A stretch of 64,000 nucleotides of DNA from Caecitellus pseudoparvulus (GCA_965644315.1 CBFFRQ010000029.1:186001-250000); one strand, 5' to 3'. Counted from the stretch's first letter, positions 36,801 through 50,600 are shown. Notes: generated by a model from the sequence alone, not told the origin. Numbers and translations are program-made.

Positions 36801-37404
36801 GGCTGAAATGGTGAGCGCAGCGTGTCTGGGAAACTCCAATCACGAGGGCAAGGGACGGTCGTCTGAATCTTGAAGGTATTCAATCACCGCAGAGCGTGGT
36901 GTGCGAACGACAACGTCCAACACGTAGTTGTGCGAAGAAAGTTATGAAGCAGTGCGGTGGAGATGAGTAGGTTTGAACAGCGTGTCCGAATGCTGCGGCC
37001 ATAAACCAGGGGGCAGGCGTCGAAATCGGCTGCTTGTACTTACTCGGCCGAATGCTGAGCACGGCTGCGCACCACAGAAAAGGAGACATTCCCGGCGGCT
37101 GTGCTCCACGAACCACAGCTAGTACAGATTGTTCAGTACGTGGACAGGCCTGCCTGTTCATTGTAGTGGCAGGTAGCCGACCAGTGAGAAGGTCTCTACT
37201 CTCGTTCCAGGGCGAGCTCTGCTGCGCCTGCGCTCCGCCAACAAAAGCAACGAGTTCAAAACCTTGCTCTGTGCCTTCTTCGTAATTAGAGTGCCCGCAC
37301 GACTCGCAGTTGTGCCTTGGACGCTGCCCCACACTCTCTGTGGTCGAGGGACACTGGGGGGCTGCGAGGTGGCGGACACAAGGAAAGCAACAACCACGAA
37401 AGGC

Positions 37405-38456
37405 ATGGATTTGCTGAGGCACTCTTCGACATTTTGGCTTCTGCAGTGCTTGTGTGTGCTATGGCTCAGCACCTGTGGCTCTGTGCATGTGCCCTTTGCC
37501 CGTGTGTTTCAAAGCGAAACGCTAGCGCCCTGCCAATTGCTCTCACACATTTCTGTACCGCCTGGTGCACAGTGCCATTTCCTGGAATCAGGGGCCACTT
37601 CATTAATTTGAGGAGCAGGACTGACCGCAAGCGCGCCATGCATGCCTCTCTCGCAAGGGCAGGGCTGGCAGGGGCAGTGACTAGGTGTGTCTTGCGTCGC
37701 AGGGCGTGTGGGTGGCAGATGCAGATGTGAGTGCTCTACACGCGCAGGTGGGAAGCGACGAGCAGAACCCTAAGGCCAGATCTTGCTTGCTTTGAGTCAC
37801 ACATTGCTGCTCTGCATGCGGGGCTGCGCAGTGGTGCTGCGCATGTCGTGATCCTTGAGGATGACGCTATGCTGGAGAAGTCCGCGACGACACTGCACCG
37901 AGCGCTCATCGCAGCGCGAGCGGAGGAATGGGACGTTCTCACGCTTGGGTATGCGCGGTTCAATTTCACTTCGACAGGGGCGGGGGCGCACGTGTGGCGA
38001 GGAATCGTTGAGGCGCGCGACACTACTGGAGCGACTGGCTACGTCGTTCGCCGGCAGTATCTCCCTCGCATGCTGCAGTGGTTAGAGGCAGGTGTGGCCA
38101 TGCTGGAGGTGTACAACACCCCATCAACGCATGCCCTGGACACATGGTGGTCTCACCTGCATGCACGAGACACATGGCGCGCACCTGTTCCGCCTCTCAT
38201 CCACCCTGCCGCCAGCTGGAGCAACATCGAGTTTACGTTTGTGGACAGGGCAGGCAAGACTCGCGGGTGGATTCAGCTGTGGCAGACGTGTCAAGCTGAT
38301 AGCTGCAGTCCAGGCTGGCTTCAGTACGCCTGGTTCCCGCACCGTGGGCGGGCGTGCGAGTGTGGCATGAGTGTGGGACAGCGAGTGTTCGTTCGATTTC
38401 GACAAGTGCGTGGCTTCCAAGATGCCCGCAAACTGTGGGGGGCGCATGCAGGGTAG
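37405..38456 (+). CDS. Glycosyltransferase family 25 protein with signal/anchor peptide
   Basis: ATG 37405; introns 37502-37572 (71 nt) and 37685-37747 (63 nt). Motifs HFINLRSRTDRK..M, RWEA...DLACFESH, VVILEDDA, WDVLTLG, GATGYVV and ALDTWW. Confidence 0.85.
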
Positions 38457-38457
38457 G

Positions 38458-41400
38458 CTACTTGCCACTGCGCTTGCCATGTGCCCATGGAGCAAGGAGG
38501 CTTGTGCGTAGGGAATCGTACTGGTATGCCTGGTGAATGTGGGCCAGCCCCGGCTGCGAGCCACCCGTGCCGGCCACGCCGAACCGAGCCTGCGTGATGA
38601 TGGCGTTTGTGCGCGGGGTGTCACTCTGTTCCCCCGCGACTTCGAGCAGGCGGCGGTGGCATGCGCTGTTTGCGAACGTCTTGGACAGCGCCGACCACTC
38701 CGCAGAGGACCACGTGCGCTTGAAGTACCTGATGTGGTTGTCATCCCAAGCAGACCCCACGGTATCTGAGGGGGTGCTGCCATCCAAGTGCTGCAAAGCT
38801 GCTGCAGTCGTGCCGTCCTTGGCCACGGTGCTTTGCACCCCAGCTGAGGCCCCAATCAAGTGGGGGTCACGTCGGGGGGATGCAGGGGGGCTGGACAGCG
38901 GCGCGTCCTTGGCACTCAACATCAGAGCGACGTCATGTCCTGCCTTGCCTCTGCGGGTGCGGCCTGCAACGCCCGACCTGGACGGCCACGCGACGTGGTA
39001 TGAATGCATGGCACCGTCAGGGGAGTGCTGGGCATCTTCGTCACTGGCAGCAGCCACCGCGAGGGCCTTCTCGGCGGGGCGTTGCCGGGTCCACGTCACA
39101 TTCGCAGAGGCAAGCTGAATGCGGTGCTTCGTGGCCTTCAGCGCATCATGAAGCAGGGAGTCGTAGCTGAAGGTGAGGGGGGGTGCGAGGTACTCAGTTG
39201 CGGACGAGGGGCGGGGGGCATCCCCTGGGGGTCCGGCCCCAGCGACGGCGGAGTCCTTCGGGTGCACATTGCACTTGAGCAGGGCGCTGGCCAAGAAGGC
39301 GTTGATGTTTTTGGCGAACTGCTGGAAGGCGGCGTCCCCTGTCTCCAGTGCCTCGGCGCGCGTCATGGCTGCTTGTGATTGCGGGCCCAGCCTCGTCACC
39401 ACCTCCATGACGGCTTGGTTGATGGCGGAGCGCTGTGGCGCAGGCAGGGGGCTCAAGTAGCTGGGTTGTGGCACCTTGCCCCACCGCAGCGTGTCCTCGG
39501 GCAGGGCAGCCTCCAGACCACTCACCGCCCACAGCTGCCGCACACGGGCCTTGAGCAGAGTCAACTCCGCGGCACCTGCAGCTGTCGCCTCCAAGCGGCG
39601 AATGGCCAACTTCAGGCCTTCCGAGTGTGCCTGCAGGCGCTGCACTTTGGCTTGCAGCGCCTTGTGCTTGGTGACGTACACTTGGCGGGCCAGGTCCCGG
39701 CTCTGGGCCTCCATGGACTGCCGCTTAGCCAAGTCAGCCATGCTCGCTTCATCGATGGCCTGCTGGGCAGCGTCCCGCACCGCAGCAATACGGGGCTCGT
39801 ACGCAGCCGCGACCTCTGCCGCGGCGGCAGCACGCACTGCCGCCAGCTCCCGCTCCCGCGCTGCGGCAGCCCCCTCGGGGCCCAGTGCCTCCAGCATGGT
39901 GGCCAGTTGCTCCACCTGCACTTCTTTGCCCGGCTTGAACAGGGTGTCCCCTTCGTCAAGCGGCGGTGAAGGTGGAGACATGGCCGATGCGCCGAGGCTC
40001 TCTTTGGCTCGCCGAGTGGCTGCGACGTACTGCGCCGCGACATCCGATGCTGCACGCTCAAAGGCGTGCTTGGGGGACAGTGGGGCCACATGCTGTCCGG
40101 CGTCGGTCAGGGCGAGGGGCCGCGCGGCATCAGGGTCCTTGGTGGACCCCCCCGCACGTCCCGAGGCGATGTCGTGGGGGTGGGAAATGCCGGCTGAGAG
40201 CGCTGCTGAGCGCAGCTGGGCCACGGCGCGAGCCAGGTCCGCCGTCTCTTGTGCCAAGGCGGCATCCTGCTCTCGCTTCACTTCCACACGTGCTTGCAGC
40301 TCCGGCACCAGGTGCCGGAACCGCCCCAGCACCTCCCCCAGCTCCCGCTTGCCGGCATCCGTGCGGGCTTGCAGCAGAGCGTGGACAAACTTGTGGCCGC
40401 CCAGCAGGGCAGTGGAGTGCTCATTCAAGCCTACCTCAGGCAGCTGGGGGCCCTGCTGGTAGGCCGCCACAGCAGCGTCTGCCGCCGCCGTCGCCGCGCC
40501 ATGCAGCGTTGCGGTGGAGACGTCCTCCCCTGTCTCGTGTGCGACGCCCTCAGGCGTGGCTTCCCGGTACGCCGCGGTGAGTTTGCGGCGCACTGACAGC
40601 AGCTCATCCTGGGTTCGTTGCAGGGACCAGCGCTGCACTGCCAGCCACGCGTCCAACTCCGTGGAGGTGGCCTGAGTCGCGCAGGCAGCCAGCATGTCCT
40701 TGCAAGTGGGCGCAGGAACGGGGCGCGCCGTGAGTGGGATGTGGCTGGTGGTGGCCAGGCCCAGAGCGGCTGACAGCAACAGGCACTGCATGGGGCGGTG
40801 GGTGGGCAGACTGGCCTGCTCTGAGCGGGTGATGGCTCCCGCCTCGCTGACACGTGAGCGCCCGCCTGGGCTGGACGTGGGTGAAGCAGGCAGGAGCAGG
40901 GCAGACTTTGTGGGGGATGCGGGACCGCCCACGACACCCGGCCGTCCCACCAGGGCGTGCACACTGGCGCTGCCGCCGGGTACACCCCCGGTGGACTGGG
41001 CGTGTCCTGCCAGAGACGTCCCATCAGCGCCTGCTTCAATGTCTCGCAGGCGCTGAGCAGCCTCGGCGCGTGTCTGCCGCAGCTCCTCCAGCTCGCCGCT
41101 GCGCACCCAGCCGTGCTGCAGGAGGAAGGCCAGGAAGTCATCGGGGTGCAGGGCGCCCTGCTCCGCGTCCACCTCTGCGGAAAGGTCAGGTACAGCGCTG
41201 GAGTCCTGCTCCTGCACGGCGTCCTCCAGAGTCAGCTCAGCTGTGCCGCCGGGGGCCAGCTCCTGCGGCAGTGGGGCTGGCACATCCGGCACCTCTGGCA
41301 GGGCCTCTGCGGAGCCGCTGAACTCAGCTCGCTTGGCGGCCGCCAGAATGGCTTCAAAGGACTCCTCTTCAGACAGGGCCTTGCCCTTGCCCAGTGCCAG

Positions 41401-42084
41401 GCGCGTGTCGGGGGAGGTGGCGCTGCCTTGCGCCGCTTCGTCACCACGCCGTCCGGGCCGTGGGTGCGCGACTGGGCTGCGGTCGCTGTACCACTTGGGC
41501 AGCTGCAGGGGGGAGAAGCATGTGTGTGTGTGTTTGCAGTGTAGTGTGTCATGGAATCACTGCGGTGCTGCGTGGCGAGCCAGGGACAGTGCACTTCCAC
41601 CCCGTCGCAGTGCGACACTCACCAGCGTGCTCAACGTGCCCGTTTCCTGGATCTCCTCGCGCTCGCGCCGCGCCTCAGCACGGCGAGCACTCTCAATGGC
41701 ACCCAGAGCATTCTGAGCTTGCTGGGACTCTGCCTGCAGCACCTGCAGGCGCAGGAGTCGCCGGCGCTCCTCGGGGCTGCCATCACGCCCCACTCGAGCC
41801 GGGGTAGCTGCAATGACGCTGCCGAAGTCGTGCCCCAGGCCGACGGGGGTGACCTTGGCTGTGTCCATGCCACCTCGCCCAGATGAAGGCACGAGGTAGT
41901 CGTACTTGCCCGCCTTGCTGGCCCCAGGTGTGCGCCGTTGGCGGGCATTCTCATGCACCAGCACGCGGAACTTGACGCCCGTCGTGGCGCTGGGCAGGCT
42001 GCCTGCTCCCCCTCCTGCGGCGGTGGGAGCTCCATACAGCTTGCTGGAGCCCGTGAAGGCGACATCACGCTCTGTCGCTGCCAT
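38458..42084 (-). CDS. Hypothetical Ala-rich coiled-coil protein (about 1170 aa)
   Basis: ATG 42084; exon 1 to 41623; intron 41622-41503 (GTGAGT..CTGCAG, 120 nt, contains (CA)6); then in frame with the 944-aa ORF. No recognisable catalytic motif. Confidence 0.65.
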
Positions 42085-42551
42085 GCTGCACAGTCCCGTG
42101 GCAGGGGGCTGTGGGACGGGGCTTGCTCCGCGCAAGGTGCCGCCGCTGCAACCTGGTGCAGGCTCGCCTCGACACCCGGTCGCTGCCAGCTGTTGCGCAC
42201 AGGCTGGAGGCTGTGGGCGTGTCGGGGGTGACGCGCTGAAGCTAGTCTTCAGTGAGGGGGGAATGTGGCAGGACGCTGCACACGTTTGGATGTCCCAATG
42301 CCCAGCGGGCGCCGGGCACACCAGCCCGCTAGCCCCACAACCAGTGACCCTGGTACCGCGGTGCAGGCAAACGTGGCAAGCCACCCCCCCTGGGACCCCC
42401 TCGCTGCAGATGCGAGGGCGGGCAAGGATAACAAGCCTTGTCTGGGAAGCGACAAAAAATTACTCACGACGCGTGCCGGTTGTGCCGTGCGCGCCCCTGC
42501 GTTTGGGGCTGCTGCCAACGCGGGCACCGGGAACGGTCAATTTCCGCAGCC

Positions 42552-45500
42552 ATGCCCCACTTCCAAAATGGACTCACGTTCGTGGACGTGCAGAAGGTCA
42601 GCACTGGAGTGACGGGGCTGTTCTCCGGGAACATCAACTGCACCTTCCGCTTCGACGAGTCAGGCGGCCAGATGACGCTGCTGGACGACAAGATGAAGCC
42701 CAAGGTGGCCATGCAGGCTCATGAGGTGCTCAGCCTTGAGGCAGACCCTGCCGGCGCCAGCAAGCTTGCCATGGTGCTGCACTACAAGTTGGCGGGGGGG
42801 CCAATAAAGGGCACGAAGCTCCGGCTGCTCTTCCCGAACGCGGAGGAGCTGCGGGCGTTCGGCAGCTGCCTGGCCGCTGCCGCCCCAGCCGCCAGTGTGC
42901 CTGCTCAGCTTCGCAGCGCCCCAGCAGCCAGCCAGGCAGCCTCTGGCACCTGGCAGGTGTATTTGGAGAATCAGTACTGTTGCCCAGAGCAGTGGAAAGC
43001 CACCTTGCACGACGTGTCGGGCGAGCTGGAGCTCTGTGACTTGGTGAGTTGCTTGGGCAGAACGCGGTTGGGCGGAGCTTGAGGTGGCGCGTGGCTGCCA
43101 TACAGACCGCAGCTGCATGCGACCACCCCTGAACAATGCCATGCGAGGGCATGATCACTTGCACACATCCCTTGCTCCCACAGGACACGACCAATCCACA
43201 GGAGCCCTTCACTTGCTCCCTGAGCCAGCTCAGCGCTGTCAAGCAGCACGCCATCGAAGACACCGCTCTGCAACTGTCATTCGACGCCCCAGACAAAGCC
43301 AGCGGTGTACGCAAGATTTCACGCAGCACAGCACGCAAAATCGTGCTCAACTTCCAGTGCCCTGCGTCCAGGGCAGAGTTCACGGGTGTGCTGCAAGCTG
43401 CGTGCAAGCTGGCAGGCGCCGCGCCAACGCTCGTGCATGACTGGCTGGAGCCAGTGCCTTCCACGGCCTGGGCGCGCTTCTGCACGAACCGCTGGCCAGT
43501 TGGGTCCACGGTGCTGTCTCGACCCGCCCCACGAGTGGTGCTTGTCAACGCCTCCCGTCGCCTGCTGAACATCGTCAAGCAGGGTGCTGGGGAGGACGAC
43601 TTGGTGCGGGGCAACGCGGTGGTGGAGCAAGTCATCGCCCTGGCGCCGGGCCGCCTGCAGCTGGAGCGGTCCTGCAGCGACGAAACGCGCGTGACTGTGT
43701 GCGTGTCCGGCCCAGAAGCCAGCATCGCCGGGCGTGCCAAGGGTGGCCCAGGCATCACCGCAGTCACCTTTGAATTCGCTTCACACGGGGACAGGGAGCG
43801 TTTCTGCGCACACTGCGCTCTCGCCATTGCTGAGCCAGAGGATGCCGCAGAAGCGGCCGCTTCCCTGGGAGCTGCCGCGAAGCTGGCCGTCCCAGCAGCG
43901 AGTTCTGCGAGCGAAGGTGGCGCCGCACAAGGCGGGCACGCGGAGTCCGCGGGGGGGAAGGAGCAGGAGGTGGCAGCCACGCTGCACGCGTACGCTTCCG
44001 CTGTGTCCAGCCTGTACGGTCGGGAGTGGCCCCAGCGCACCATCAGCGTGGAGGTGGCCACGTTCAACGCAGGCGGCAAGCCCCCCTCGTCGGATGCCGC
44101 CGCACTGGGGTCCTGGATCCCCCTGCCCCACACAGCGGTGGTGAAGGGCGTGCCCTCAGGTGGCGCCAGCCGCCGGCGTACGAGCCTGGCCCACCGCAGC
44201 CGCAGCACCAGCGAGGTGTCCGCGCCCACGGGCACCTTTGACGGCACACCGGACCTCGTCGTCATCGGCCTGCAAGAGATCGGCGGCCAGCGCAACCGGG
44301 ACTTGTGGGGTGCTGCCCTCCTGGGGCACTTGAACGCGTGCGCTGCTGGCGCGGCAGCGGGGCCAGTGGCGGGCAGGGCAACCCTGACAAAGCACGCCTC
44401 TGCAGTGGAGTGGGGCCGCCCCACCCCCAGCGCCCTGCCCGCCAAGGCGGCCTCCCTCCTGGATGTCACGCAGGGCGGGTCGGCACCTGACGACTCCAGT
44501 CGCACCAGGAGGTCCTTCACCGCCACTAGCCGCCCTGCAGCATCCTCGGCAGTCAGGGGTGATGGCGGCGTCCCAGCGTACTGCCTGGTGGCCAGTGAGT
44601 TCATGTGGGAGCTGGGCATTTTTGCCTTCGTGCGCAGCTCGTGCTCCAGCGCCATCACGAGTGTCGTGACGGGCAGCAAGGCCACCGGCATGAACCTGGT
44701 GGCAGGGCAGCAGCTGGGGAACAAGGGCGCAGTGGGCATCGGCTTCCAGTGGAACGGCGTGGCGCTGGCATTCTACAACGCCCACCTGGCCGCGCGGCCC
44801 GAGCGCATCCAACAGCGCAACGATGACTTCACTGCCATCATGGCGGGGCTGGACCTGGCCACTCACCTGCGGGGGGCGGGGCTGGGCACGCTGGCGACGG
44901 CGGAGCACGTCTGGTTCCTGGGCGACCTCAACTACCGAGTGGACCTGCCTTTCGACGCGGCGCACGAGGCAAGCCAGGTGGGGGACTACCAGACGCTGTC
45001 CCGGGCTGACCAGCTGCTGGCAGAGATGGAGGCGGGGCGGGTCATGGCGGGCTTCTCAGAGGGTCCGCTAGACTTCCCCCCCACGTACCGGTGGGAACGG
45101 GACAGCGACTTCATCTCGTACAAGCGCGGGCAGGCCCCCTCATACACGGACCGGGTCCTGCACCGGTCGCTGCCAGGCCTGGCAGACCGCTTGTCCCTGC
45201 TGGAGTACACGTCTGCTCACGACTACTTCGGCAGCGACCACCGGCCAGTGCGGGCGCTGTACGAGCTGCACGTGCGCACGCTGCACTCAGCGATGCCCCC
45301 CCTGGCCACCCACACCCTCATCCCCTTCCCCACATTCTTCCGTAACAGGGACATGGGCAATGGGCCGCTGCCCGTGGTGCAGGTGCAGAACATCCGCGTG
45401 GAGGGGTGGCAGGCGCTGCACGCGCCAGGGGCGCTGTTCCTGTCCCTGTACTCCCCCAACCTGCTGCACAGCCACGATGAGCCGGTGTGCTCCCCAGCTG

Positions 45501-47629
45501 TGCCCGCGCAGGGCGTGACGGCGGAGCAGGCCGCTGCCCTGGTGCAGCTGAAGCAAGTGCTGCGCAAGGAGGAGAAGGAGCGCAAGGCTGCCACGAAGCG
45601 CGCAATGAAGGTGCAGGAGGCTGCGGAGAAGTCCATGCACAAGGCCAAAGCCAAGGCACTGGCACAGGCGCGCAACGCGACGCGGGGGGAGACGCCGCGG
45701 GCTGCAGCGGTGGCTGCCGCGGCACGGGCACCTCTCCCCTCCCCCATCGCTCCCGTCTCCGACCTCGCCGCCGCCAACGCGTACACAGACTCGGAAACGG
45801 ACAGCACCACCAGCAGCAACATGACCGGGGACAGCATCACCGTGGCGCCGCCTGCCTTCGGGGGCGCCCGGTCTTCTGCTAGTATGGCCATGGCCCGGGC
45901 CAACAGCGTCAGCCACGGCGACGCGGAACGCCTGGCCCTCATCGCCCTGGAGTGTGCCTACGACTTCTCAGAGGGCCTGACGCCCGTCGCGCCGGCGGTG
46001 TGGGATCCGCGGTACATGCTGGAGCAGCACCTCGTCATCGCGGCACACCAGGCGACGGTACTGGCCGACGGCTCCGTCAGTGACGCGGCTGACAAGGCAC
46101 ACCCCGTGCTGGCCACGGCCGTGGTGCCGTTGCGACCTGCCCTGGAAGCTGCCGCCACGTCCGTGGCCATGTCAGCCATGTCAGGCGCTGGCCGCAGCGC
46201 CGCGGGGCTGGCCTCCCGCCACCGCCACTCCACCGTGCAGGTGCAGACGTTTGCGAAGACCTTTGACGACAACGGCGTGCCGCTGCCCCTGCGGGGGGAT
46301 GCCGTGCCCTTCGCGGTGCCGCTGGTGCAGAATGGCGTGGCGGTGGGCGTCGTGACGGGCCAAGTGGCCCTGCGCAGCAGCAATCACCCAGACCTTGTGG
46401 GCAGGGTGCCGGGGCTGGAGTCCCCGCCGGAGCACAGCTGGCTGGGTGGCAGCTCCTTCACCGACTGCCTGCGGTCCATCACGGGGATCATGGACAGTGT
46501 GCAGGACGCTATGCTGCGCGGGCGGCAGCCCATGCAGCTCCCCGCCCTCCCCGAGGATGGGCCGCAGGCTGAGGCGCCCCGCCCGGGCCCTGCCACCGTG
46601 GACAGCCCCCGGCGCCGGAGGCCATCGGCGGCAGCCAGGGAGCACTCCTCCCTGTCTGGCGACACAGGCAGCTTGTCCGCGAGCAGCAGGCGCAGCTCCA
46701 CACGCGCCTCCATCCTGGCGGCTCACCGCACAGTGCGCCTGCCCGACGGCACCGTCATCCCCATGTCCAGACTCGCCTCCACGGTGGCCCTCCCGCCCGA
46801 GGCGCCCCTGCCCCCGCCGCTGGCAGTGGTGGGCTCCGTCTCAGGTGCCCGCAGTCGAGGGGGCTCACTGGCTCGCCCAGCCTCCCACCACACACCAGTG
46901 CGCGCCGTTCCCCTGGCGGACACCCACGGCCCCGCTGGAAGGGCGGCGTTGGAGCCGGAGCTGGGGGGGGGGGTGGCGCCCCGCCGCTCGGCTTCCGTCG
47001 CCCGCCCCAGCTTCGTGGCGCCACGCTCCGTGCCCGCCAGCGTCGTGCAGCTGCCCGCCGACGCGCTGTGCGAGGTGCCTGAGCCCGCAGTGCCTGCTGT
47101 GAAGGAGGTGACGCCCGCCTTGGAGGACGACAGCGACTCCACGCGCACCAGCAGTGTGGCCAGCTCCGGGCGGGAGGGCAGGAGAGCCACCGTGAGCTCT
47201 ACAGGGGTGAAGGCCGCCCTGCCATCGCCTGTGCCGCCCACTGCCGCGACCAAGCCATCCCTGAAAGCGGCGCCACCGCTGCGCGCGAAGCCTGCATTGG
47301 CCACCTCAGCGCCTGCCACGCCGCCTGGTGCAGTGCCTGGGCGCACCCCTGTGACACACTTGCCTCCTCCACCACGGAGCCAGGCTGAGTCTGCTCCTGA
47401 GACCCCACCGCCCACTGCAGATGAGAGTCATCCGGCACCTGCCAGCCTGCCAGCCCAAGCGAAGGCCGTGCGGGCCGGGGCAGACGCTGCGGCGCCCGAG
47501 GACGGCGCGGCACGCTTGCCTTCTGGCCGGCGGCGGCGCTTGGCAGGCAAGCGCATCTTGAAGAAGGGCGAGGCGCCGCCTGTGCCCCAGGGCCTGCCGC
47601 CCCCACCGCCGCCACCCTTCGCCAAGTGA
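42552..47629 (+). CDS. SHIP-like inositol polyphosphate 5-phosphatase (3x PH-like, 5-Ptase, C2, Pro-rich tail; about 1645 aa)
   Basis: Exon 1 42552-43043; intron 43044-43183 (140 nt). Motifs VATFNAG, PDLVVIGLQE, GNKGAVGIGF, FYNAHLAA, WFLGDLNYR, GFSEGPLDFPPTYRW, PSYTDRVL and SDHRPV; C2 motif DPRYMLEQHLVI. Confidence 0.9.
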
Positions 47630-47631
47630 TG

Positions 47632-50600
47632 TCACCACCGGCTCAGCACGCCCCGCCCAGTCGAGGGGGGGGCGGCTGCTGCGTCAGGGGGTGGGCCAAG
47701 GGATAGGAAGGCTCGCAATGCAGGTTTAGTTGCTTCTGGGACGCAGGTGCTTTCAGCGTGGTGCGTGAGCAAGATGCTCAGTGCCACAGCCGCCCGACGC
47801 GCAGGCCACCCCGCCGGGGCTCTGCCGTCTAGGCCGGCTTCCCGAGCACGGTGCAGGGCACGCGAGTACCAGAGCACCGCAGAGGGAAAGAAGCTCACAG
47901 TGTGAAACCAGAGGCCCATGTTGTAGGCCACCTCCACGAAGGCGTGGGCGGGCGGCGCGTCGGCGCCCGGCGCCGTGAGGTGCTGCAGGCGGGTCAGGCG
48001 GTACACGTGCATAGCGGCAGTGCCCCGCAGGAAGCTGGCATGGCGGAAGCCAGTCTTGCGGCTGCCAATGCAGCGCAAGCACGCTGCCGCCTCCTGCAGC
48101 GCCAGGAACGGGTGGTGCAGGCGCAGCATGACGGCGGGGTCGCCTGCCAGCGCAGAGGGGAGCAGGGTGCCCACCTGGGCCCTCCACGTGTCCTGGATGT
48201 GGGTGAGGAGGGGCAGGGCGGAGGGGCCTCTGGTTCCCCGCAGCCACGCGAACATGAGCAGCGGCACGCTGACGCGGCTGATGGCGGCATCCCGGACAAT
48301 GCGGCCATGCTGCACGAGGGGCGGCGCCGGTGTCCCCAAGCACTCTGCCACGGACACATCGTACATGGACTTGCCTTGCGCGGCAGCATGTGCGCAGGCC
48401 AGGGCGATGGGGCGGCTGCCCAGGAGGGACAGCTGCATGACGCGCTGAGCAAGTGGGTGGCACCAAGGCATGAGCAGCGCGTCGCGCGCAGCGAGGTAAA
48501 AGGAGTGCAAGCTGGCCAAGCTGGGCGCCAGGCGCCCCTCCACGAACAGCTGCGAAACAGCTTGCACGGCGCGGGCGGTCGACGAGTGCTGAGGCGCCTT
48601 TGCGCCGGTGCGAGTGCCGATGCGGGCGGCGCTCTTCCCCACGCCGGCGCGCCGAGCGAGTTGCATCCTGGCCTTGCGAGCTGCCTTGCGTGCTGCTGCC
48701 GCTGCGCCCTTGGCCTGGCTGAGCAGTTTACCCATGACGGCGTCGGGATCGGCGCCGTCAAGGTCGGCGTCGGAGTCTGACCCGCTTGACTGAGAGTCAG
48801 GGACGAAGTCGGACTCCGATGCTGACGAGGCGGGGCTGGGGGCAGCAGGCTCCCGCCGCCGCTGTGTGGGGGGGGGAGCGGGGGGCAAGGAGGGCAGTGT
48901 GCCCCCCCCTTCCACAGGGCCACCTGTTCCTGCCAGGAGCTTGGGGTGGGTGTGTCCCAGCACGCCTTTGGCGGCAGCCAGGACGGCCTGGAAGGGTCCG
49001 TCTGGGAGTCCCGGTGGCGCCTTCTGCACCTCCACCCGGTGAAAAGCCAACAGCAAGTCATGCACAGCCTGGGCATGGGCGGGCGTGGCGAAGGTGTAGG
49101 CCAAGACGCCATCCCGCGACACGGTCGCCGAGCCTGGCCGCTGCGCGAGGAGGCGCCAGAACACCGTCCCCAGCTGCGACAGCGCCTCGTCGTCGCCCAG
49201 TATGGCTGCTCGCTGTGCCAGGAAGAAGGCCACCTGCACATCCCACAGTGGGATGGCGGAGCGCCGAGCGAGGGCCACGGCGTGGGTCAAGGCTGGCAGC
49301 AGGGAGCCCGCCCACTTTACCAACGCGGGCAGGAGCGGCGTGCCCGCCTGCCGGCCCATGGTGTCCAGGAGCAGGGGCATGAGGTTCCACGCGTGGTCTC
49401 CGGAGGGCAAGTGGGCTGCCAGCAATGACTGCACGTCCCCTCCAGGGGGGGCAGGGGGGCAGGGGTGCCACTGGCCGGCGTCGCTTGCCTGGTGCAGGAT
49501 GAAGCCCTGCAGCAAGCCCGTGTGCCCTGGGAAACAGGTGACCCAGCCCGCCTTGAGAGCTGTCAGGAACACCTTGCCGGGCACGTCCAGGAGTCCTGGC
49601 AGGTGTGTGTGGTGCTGGCGTGCCAGGCGCACTGCGTGGGTGAGCAGGTCCACCACATCCAGAGCCTCCCGCTCCTGCCACAGGTAGTCTGGCGTGCGCA
49701 CGCGGGCGTGCAGGCAGCGCTGGGGGGACTGCAGGTATTGCAGGGTGGCGGGGGGCAGCAGCACGTCCATTTGGTCAGACAGGCCCTGCAGCGTGGACAG
49801 TAGCGGTGTGGGCGGTGTGGGCAGGCCTGCCAGCGTGGCCAGCGTGAGTTGGTGCGTGGCCAGCGCGGACAGACCACAGTCCGCCTCATCCGCCACACTC
49901 TCCAGCACTGCACCGACGTCCTGCCCCAGGCTGACGATGTCGTCGAAGGCTTCCACGCGGTACAGCACCCGGATGGCGAGGCTGGCGGCCTCAGCCAGCA
50001 CTTCAGCAGCCCAAGCCAGCAGGCCAGGCGGCACAGACTGCCGTGTCTGGATGCTGTGTGAGGTCGCCAGCAGAGGGGCCAGGAGCACCTCCCGTGCCAG
50101 AGCAGCTTGCTCTGGCGCAGTGGGGTCTGTGCTGATCACTCCCTGCAGGGGCAGGGTGGCCTGGGAGGGCAGTACGTCCCACCGCAGACGCAGGCGGCAC
50201 TGCCACAAGCCGACCCACGTGCGGTGAGCAGCCACCTGCAGTGCGTTGTACCGCTGCAGCACCTCACTGCCCTCCTTACTCACGCCACCCCCCGTGGCCT
50301 TGGCCGCTGTCAGCAGCGCGGCAGCTCGCTGCAGGCTGTTCTGCGCCAGCTCCAGGCACCGCTTCAACGTGCGTGCGTTGGCCGCCGTGTTCCAGCCCTC
50401 CTCCTCCATGCACAGGCGCGCAGCGCGCACAGCCTCCTCCCAGCGCAGGTGCAGTGGGGCCAGGGCTGCCGAGCGGACGAGCGCGTCCACCGCCACCTCC
50501 CGCCACGAGTCCACCAGGCCCTTGCAGCCTTCCGCCGCCTCTGCCAAGGCTCGCCACTTGGACAGGTGCCCCGGCTGCAGGAGGGCCACAGCCAGGCGGG

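Noticed and set aside
36801-37404. ncRNA or tRNA in the AT-richer intergenic regions (also 26082-26575)
   Set aside because: No cloverleaf, A/B boxes or snRNA consensus recognised by eye; an Infernal/Rfam scan would be needed to exclude this fully.
42730-44739. 669-aa antisense ORF, and many other 200-500 aa antisense or alternate-frame ORFs (e.g. 21415..22650, 53880..55418)
   Set aside because: Shadow ORFs of GC-rich genes with strong codon bias; low-complexity translations with no family motifs.
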